DNA of 63,998 bases, filler included, from an uncultured Myxococcia bacterium (GTDB taxonomy: Bacteria > CAZTWC01), in the NCBI GenBank assembly GCA_964617105.1. It is 7 parts of 7 records of this genome, joined end to end, with 100 filler letters (N's around TTAATTAATTAA, not from the genome) between each part and the next. Parts side by side here need not be neighbours in the genome. Positions count along the whole stretch, not along the records: positions 50,004 to 59,587 come from CAZTWC010000132.1; positions 59,688 to 63,998 come from CAZTWC010000308.1; 5 more parts are not named here. The stretch is one strand, 5' to 3'. The notes under the pieces were generated by a model, which ran no database searches, was not told the origin of the DNA, and saw only the letters and a program-made list of their open reading frames with translations. Position 1 is the first letter of the stretch. Each line of letters opens with the position of its first letter. A program made the position numbers and the translations under genes. Positions 58,292-63,998 of this stretch are shown piece after piece.

Positions 58292-59452
58292 ATGAAACAA
58301 CTCTCTTTCCCCGCCAGAAAAGAATATATCCGGCAAAAAAAAAACAACCTTGCTATCCATCCGCTGGGAGTTTTTCCCGCCTTGTATCCCAAAGAACTGC
58401 TCTGGAGTTACAACATTCTGCCGGTAGAAATATGGGATCCGCCCTTGCAGATCAGCGGGGCTGACGCCCACCTGCAACCATATATCTGCCCCATTGTCAA
58501 GTCAGGATTAGAATTGATCCTTCAGGGCCATTGTCAGCTGTTAGATGGTTTCCTATTTCCTCACACCTGCGACTCTATCCAAAACCTGGCATCCATTGTC
58601 AACCACTACCTGGGAATTACCAAGAGATGTTTCTTTTTTTATCTTCCCAAAAATTCCAATCCTTCAGCAACCAAGGATTTCTATTGTTTCCAATTGCAAA
58701 AATTACAACAGGATTTGGAAAAAGAGTTTGGAGCAAATGACCCGCTGACCATTAAAAAAATGATCGTCCTGGGAGATAAAATTTCAACCCAGGTACAAAA
58801 ACTCTATCTTCGGCGAACTCAAAGAGACAGCCTCCTCTCCAACCGAAACTTTTACCAACTCTTGCGAATGGGCGAATATCTGCTGCCCCAGGATTTTCTA
58901 TCGGTTTTGACCGATGCCATACTTCAGGATAAAAAAGGGGAGAAAAAACCCGGTGTAATTGTTAGTGGAATCCTTCCCAATATGAATATGATGGACAAAC
59001 TGGACCAGATGGGAGTGACAGTGGCTGCCGATGACCTGCTCAATTGCGGCCGTCGGTTACTAAATAAAGGATTGAAAAAACTGGGAGCAGGGGAACCTGA
59101 AATCTCTAACCCAGAAAAACAACCTTACCAGGATATCTTAGAAACAGACAACCCAAAATATTTTGAGGATTTATTGGCCAATAAATACCTTGATTTACCC
59201 CCCTGCCCTACCCGGGTTTCATCTCATCTGCAACGCTTGGAACATTTACTTTCTTTGTTGGATATCTCCGGCGCCAGAGGAATAATTTTTAGCCTGGTTA
59301 AGTTCTGCGAGCCAGAATTGTTCGATTTGCCCATTTTGCAAAAAGAGTTGCAGGCCCGCAATATTCCCTCGGTGGTAATTGAATCGGAACTTCACCAGAA
59401 TTTGGATGGACAATTGAACACCAGGCTGGATGCCTTTTTGGAGATGCTCTAG
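58292..59452 (+). CDS. 2-hydroxyacyl-CoA dehydratase family subunit
   Basis: HLQPYICP, HTCDSIQN, KFCEPE, TRLDAFLEML. Confidence 0.88.
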   Translation: MKQLSFPARKEYIRQKKNNLAIHPLGVFPALYPKELLWSYNILPVEIWDPPLQISGADAHLQPYICPIVKSGLELILQGHCQLLDGFLFPHTCDSIQNLASIVNHYLGITKRCFFFYLPKNSNPSATKDFYCFQLQKLQQDLEKEFGANDPLTIKKMIVLGDKISTQVQKLYLRRTQRDSLLSNRNFYQLLRMGEYLLPQDFLSVLTDAILQDKKGEKKPGVIVSGILPNMNMMDKLDQMGVTVAADDLLNCGRRLLNKGLKKLGAGEPEISNPEKQPYQDILETDNPKYFEDLLANKYLDLPPCPTRVSSHLQRLEHLLSLLDISGARGIIFSLVKFCEPELFDLPILQKELQARNIPSVVIESELHQNLDGQLNTRLDAFLEML

Positions 59453-59587
59453 TGAATATAACTGCCCATTCATTCCAATATTACTTAATTAAAGATATAG
59501 TCGCCCCAATCATGCTGAAAAGCCGTCAACTTTTGAAAAGCAAAAAAAACAAACCTAAAAACCCTCTCTTTGCCCCCCCCCTCAAAA
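59452..59587 (+). CDS. N-terminus of next gene, possibly the partner dehydratase subunit (partial)
   Basis: GTG coupled to the upstream stop; open to contig end. Confidence 0.35.
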
Positions 59588-59687
59588 NNNNNNNNNNNNN
59601 NNNNNNNNNNNNNNNNNNNNNNNNNNNNNNNTTAATTAATTAANNNNNNNNNNNNNNNNNNNNNNNNNNNNNNNNNNNNNNNNNNNN

Positions 59688-60263
59688 CGCAGTGTGATGC
59701 ATGGTATCGGTTCCATGACCTATCACTATGCCGTCAGCGCCTTCCTCGATCTGCCGGGCCGCCTCCTGGGCAGTGGTTATCCACTCCTTTGGCCCCATGT
59801 TCTCGCTGAATATGCCAAACATTTTTTGGGTATTCAAATTGCAAATATCGGCCAATTCTGGCACTGCTCCGTACAATTCTCCCGGCGAAAAGGCCGGGAT
59901 TACCGCGCCAGTCCTGTAGTCCAAACGGCTGGCTATAGTGCCGCCGGTTCCCAGTAAGGTAACATTGGGCTTTTGAGGATCAATTGGAAATTCGGTTTGG
60001 GGAATCTGGTAATCAGCTACTTTTTTGCCCAGCACATCCACCTTTTCAATAGATTTGACTTTTATACCTACATTGTAACCATTGTGCAATTTTAGCACCA
60101 AATGCTGATCATCTGCGGTTTCGGAGCGCGGCAATACTATCCCCTGGAAGACCCCGCCGTTTTTGGTGGTCAAGCGAATATCCGACCAAACAAAGATGCC
60201 CATTTTGACCATAATCTTTTTGGCCAACCCTTTGTAACCTTTAAGATCATCCCCTTTTAGCAT
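59688..60263 (-). CDS. gatD: Glu-tRNA(Gln) amidotransferase subunit D (3' partial)
   Basis: GatD N-domain LVLKLHNGYNVG plus TGGTIASRLDYRTGAV, SENM, HGTDTM; RBS AGGAG. Confidence 0.9.
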
Positions 60264-60315
60264 CTTTTCTCCTGCAATATTTGGTGGTCAAACAAATATC
60301 CGACCAAACCAATCT

Positions 60316-61521
60316 CTAAGCCCCAAATTTCTTGAGTTTAAAAGCATTGGCCAACATCAGGGGGATAGCCTCATAGGCTGGAATAGTCCCCAGGCAACCC
60401 CGCATACATTGGTGTTCGTTAAAAGCCAGGGCCTGGTCATTCAGGCAATATTTAGAGTGAATCATAAAGGGATTTGGATGCCAGGAATGGTTTTTTAACA
60501 CTGCTGGAGTGGAATGATCGCTAGTCACAACTACCACATCGGGATTGAGTGCCAAAATATCCGGCAAAATAGCATCGGTCTCCTCGATTTTCTTCACCTT
60601 GGCGGCAAAATTACCATCTTCTCCATAGGAATCGGTCTTTTTAACGTGGACAAAAAAGAAGTCGTTATTATCCCAATTCTTTCTCATGGTTTCCACCTGG
60701 TCCGATAATTCAGAGCCAGTAGAGAGGATCTCCATCCCCACCAGTTTCGCCAATCCATTGTACATTGGATAGGTGGCTATGGCGGCCGGGGTAAGTTTGA
60801 ATAATTCATGCATGCTGGGAATATTGGGTGATTTGGCCAATCCTCGCATCAGGCACATGTTGGCCGGCTGTTTATCCTGTAAAACGCTTTTTACCTGTTG
60901 GACAAACTGGTTTACGATTCGAGCCGCCTTTTTCGCCCCCTCAACCAAAGGCTTTATCTCCAAAGGCTCCAGCCCAACCTGCTGCGGATCACTCTCACTC
61001 AGCGGACCGGAAAGGCCTTCTCCTGTAAACACCACCACAAAACGATGTTCCATACCCGACTGAATTTTCACCTCCACATCCTCTATTTTGGTGATATTCT
61101 GCCGTAATAATTGGCAGATCTCCAGGTTCATCTCGGTGGGAATGCGGCCGGCTCTACGATCGGTGATCCGCCCCTGGGCGTCCATGCTGGCAAAATTAGC
61201 CCGGGCAGCCAGATCATTATCTCCCAGATCAATACCCAGGCCCAGAGCCTCCAGTACACCGCGGCCAATTTCGTATCCCAAAGGATCATAACCGAACAGG
61301 GAGAGGTGAGCCGGTCCACTACCCGGAGTTATACCAGGGGATATGGGGTTAGTAAGACCACAGGATGATTGGGCCGCCAGATTGTCCAGGTTAGGGGTAT
61401 TGGCGGTTTCCAACTCAGTTTTTCCATCTATTGGCAATCCCCCTACCCCATCCATTACTAAAAGCACTATCTTGGCGTCATTTTTGGTGGACAACTCTTT
61501 CATTACATGATTAGGAATCAT
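60316..61521 (-). CDS. apgM: BPG-independent phosphoglycerate mutase (ApgM type)
   Basis: MDGVG, TPNLD, PGSGPAHLSLFGYDP, DRRAGR, SDHSTP. Confidence 0.93.
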   Translation of the reverse strand: MIPNHVMKELSTKNDAKIVLLVMDGVGGLPIDGKTELETANTPNLDNLAAQSSCGLTNPISPGITPGSGPAHLSLFGYDPLGYEIGRGVLEALGLGIDLGDNDLAARANFASMDAQGRITDRRAGRIPTEMNLEICQLLRQNITKIEDVEVKIQSGMEHRFVVVFTGEGLSGPLSESDPQQVGLEPLEIKPLVEGAKKAARIVNQFVQQVKSVLQDKQPANMCLMRGLAKSPNIPSMHELFKLTPAAIATYPMYNGLAKLVGMEILSTGSELSDQVETMRKNWDNNDFFFVHVKKTDSYGEDGNFAAKVKKIEETDAILPDILALNPDVVVVTSDHSTPAVLKNHSWHPNPFMIHSKYCLNDQALAFNEHQCMRGCLGTIPAYEAIPLMLANAFKLKKFGA

Positions 61522-61604
61522 ATTATCCTCCTTGTTTCAATAATATATCAACTATACTTCAACCATTACTTCAACCAGTCAACCCAGAATTGAAATCCCA
61601 GGAC

Positions 61605-62811
61605 TTATTTTAACACATCAGCGATTTTTTCCAGAGCCAGGTCCATCTCCTCTCTGGTAATTACCAGTGGTGGCGCGAAACGGATCACATTTTCGTGAGT
61701 CTCTTTGCAAAGCAAACCCTTGGCCATCAATTGTTCACAGTATAACCGGGCTCCACCCGCTTCTGGTTTTAATTCCAGGCCTATCAGTAAGCCTTTGCCC
61801 CTCACTTCTTTGGTGTGAGGGCTGTCTATCTGTACCAGTTTATCCATAAAATAGCCGCCCTTTTCAGACGCCTGCCTGGCCATATCTTCTTCCAGCATAA
61901 TCTTGATAGAGGTGCGGGCCACGGCACAGGCCAAGGGATTGCCGCCAAAAGTGCTGCCGTGATCACCCGGCCTAAAAACACTCATAACCTCATCGGAAGA
62001 AACCACCGCCGAGATTGGCAAAATACCGCCGCCCAGAGCCTTGCCTAAGATTAGCACATCGGGCTGGATATTTTCATGCTGAAAACAGAACATTTTGCCG
62101 GTACGGCAAAAACCGGTTTGGATCTCATCAGCCATCAGCAGCACTTTTTCCCGGTCACATATCTCCCTTACCCGGGATAGGTATCCTGACGGAGGCACAA
62201 TAACCCCTCCCTCTCCCTGAATGGGCTCTACCAGAAAAGCCACCGTATTGGTAGAAATGGCATCTTCCAAAGCCTGGCTGTCACCATAGGGAATCACTTT
62301 GAAACCAGGGGTAAAGGGGCCAAATCCCTCCCGATAACTCTCTTCGGTGGAAAAAGTCACGATGGTAATGGTGCGGCCGTGAAAATTGTTGGTGCAAACA
62401 ATGATCTCAGCCATGTCTTTCTGCACTCCCTTTTTCTGATAACCCCACTTGCGGGCAGCCTTGATAGCGGTTTCCACCGCCTCTGCTCCGGTGTTCATAG
62501 GCAACACTTTCTCCATCTCGCACAACTGGGCCAACTCCTCGGAAAAGGGGCCCAACTGATCATTATGAAAAGCCCGGGAGGTGAGGGTCACTTTTTGGGC
62601 CTGAGAAACCATAGCCTCCACTATTTTCGGATGGCAATGACCATGATTGATGGCAGAATAGGAACTCAACATATCCATATATTTTTTTCCCTCTGGGTCA
62701 TAAACCCAAATCCCTTCTGCCCTGGAGATCACAATGGGTAGGGGATGATAGTTGTNNNNNNNNNNGAGCGCCATATTTTTCTGTAATTTCAATCAATTGT
62801 TCTGTGTTCAT
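61605..62811 (-). CDS. rocD: Ornithine--oxo-acid aminotransferase
   Basis: [22 protein letters not shown] when the 10-N gap is closed; [39 protein letters not shown]. Confidence 0.93.
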
Positions 62812-62939
62812 AGTTTGGTTCTCCTGTTTGGTGAAACCATTCAAATTTCTAGATAATAAAAAATTATTAGCAACTAGTCCCTTATTTGTAAAGGAAAATA
62901 TGACAGGGGGTCTATATTAGGGTCGGGCAACGCATTCAA

Positions 62940-63830
62940 TCAGGAGTGTGAATGTGGGCTGTACTTTATTAGCAGCGCTGAAGAGAGAAGCACCATAACG
63001 CCACCTGTCAGGGTAGTGTGGGTGGGTGTTTCTCCTAGCACCAGCACTGATAATAAAACTATCCAGACAGTAATTAAGAGAGAAATAATACTCCCTTTGC
63101 TGGCTGGTATATATTTATATGCTAGAGAGATGTGGATTTGAGCGCTGGCGCTGGAGATCCCGGTTATCAGCAGGATTAAAATCGAAAACAGAGTAAAATA
63201 ATCGGGGAAAGTGAATTGAAAAATATCTCCTGCCACCTCTTCAGCAGAGAATATCATGCTGAACAACACCATGGACAGCACCATGCTAAAAGGAGAATCG
63301 GTTTGATTCAATTTGCGCAACAAAACGTGAACCGAGCCCACTAAAAAACCGGTCACCAGCGCCAGAATATAACCCAGGTTAAATTGATAAAAGGCAGGCC
63401 GGGTAATAAGCAAAATTCCCACCATGGCTACCAGCAGTGACAGGGCTTGGAGCCGGGTGAACTTCTCCTTTAAATAGATTACCGCTATAATGTTGGTCCA
63501 AATCGGACCAGTAGAGATAAGCATAGAAGCTTCAGAAGCGGTTATGTAGTAGAGAGCCCTAAAATAACAGATTAAACTAACTGCTCCCAGCACTCCCCGC
63601 AATATCAGCAGCCAGCCTTTATTAAAAGTAAACCGCTGGCCTCTCAACCCCATGTAAACTAACATAACCATCAGGCAAACAAAACTACGCCAGAAAACCA
63701 AAGGAAAGGTGGGCACCAGGCCACTTCCCATTTTGGCGGAAACTCCCATTATTGCAAAGCCAAAGGTGGCCGCCACCATCAATAGATAGCCGTAATAAAG
63801 CCGGGCATCAGATTTCTTGTTTTCAGCCAT
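62940..63830 (-). CDS. EamA/DMT family transporter
   Basis: Ten TM helices in two repeats; LILRG, YLKEK, LGE motifs. Confidence 0.9.
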   Translation of the reverse strand: MAENKKSDARLYYGYLLMVAATFGFAIMGVSAKMGSGLVPTFPLVFWRSFVCLMVMLVYMGLRGQRFTFNKGWLLILRGVLGAVSLICYFRALYYITASEASMLISTGPIWTNIIAVIYLKEKFTRLQALSLLVAMVGILLITRPAFYQFNLGYILALVTGFLVGSVHVLLRKLNQTDSPFSMVLSMVLFSMIFSAEEVAGDIFQFTFPDYFTLFSILILLITGISSASAQIHISLAYKYIPASKGSIISLLITVWIVLLSVLVLGETPTHTTLTGGVMVLLSSALLIKYSPHSHS

Positions 63831-63998
63831 CAATCTTTGGGCAAATAGGCGGCGATTACCTCATCCATCAGTTTTTCAGCAAAATCTATGGAAAAAAGCA
63901 CCTTGTCAATCTCCAGGTTCTGCAAAGAATCGGTGGGTTGGTGATAGTGACGGGGGACATTCAGTTCTCTATCGATACAGCATAAACATAGGCCTTCA
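63830..63998 (-). CDS. C-terminus of probable M28 peptidase (partial)
   Basis: Read manually: ...VPRHYHQPTDSLQNLEIDKV...PKD*; YHxxxD motif. Confidence 0.55.
   Translation of the reverse strand, partial: EGLCLCCIDRELNVPRHYHQPTDSLQNLEIDKVLFSIDFAEKLMDEVIAAYLPKD

Noticed and set aside
9929-59687. Six regularly spaced TTAATTAATTAA palindromes
   Set aside because: Artificial contig linkers embedded in Ns; any operon or ORF crossing them is not real.
60316-61521. apgM as a second archaeal transfer beside gatD
   Set aside because: ApgM-type mutases are widespread in anaerobic bacteria, so this is not evidence by itself.
62756-62765. Frameshift or odd N-terminus in rocD
   Set aside because: Closing the 10-N placeholder restores KYGAHNYHP, so it is a scaffolding artefact.

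Overview
The window is not one locus. It is seven unrelated contigs of about 10 kb or less (1-9928, 10029-19953, 20054-29975, 30076-39993, 40094-49903, 50004-59587, 59688-63998), joined by artificial N44-TTAATTAATTAA-N44 linkers. The five complete contigs are sorted by decreasing length, so only within-contig neighbourhoods mean anything. The organism looks like an AT-rich, anaerobic deltaproteobacterial/Myxococcota-like bacterium. Housekeeping genes include glmUS, glgA, aroF, aroKB, pepT, rocD, apgM and tRNA-Gly. Anaerobic redox genes include a double-cubane protein, an ASKHA activase, a 2-hydroxyacyl-CoA dehydratase and a porin-tetraheme cytochrome pair. Myxobacterial-type genes include FrzS-like, a MYXO-CTERM-like matrixin, a tandem DsbA and GspC-like. 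Best leads: (1) a WspR-type receiver/stalk fused to a Cya2-type (probably GTP-specific) cyclase; (2) a cNMP-binding protein fused to a FliG C-terminal domain, which with (1) could form a cyclic-nucleotide motor-control circuit; (3) an archaeal-type GatD among bacterial genes; (4) an orphan DpdA/TGT-like transglycosylase; (5) a sigma28-preceded flagellin with a ~380 aa C-terminal repeat tail; (6) a ~23 bp palindromic element nested, with a 4-bp duplication, in a larger MITE-like repeat. All family assignments come from motif recognition only; no database search was run.
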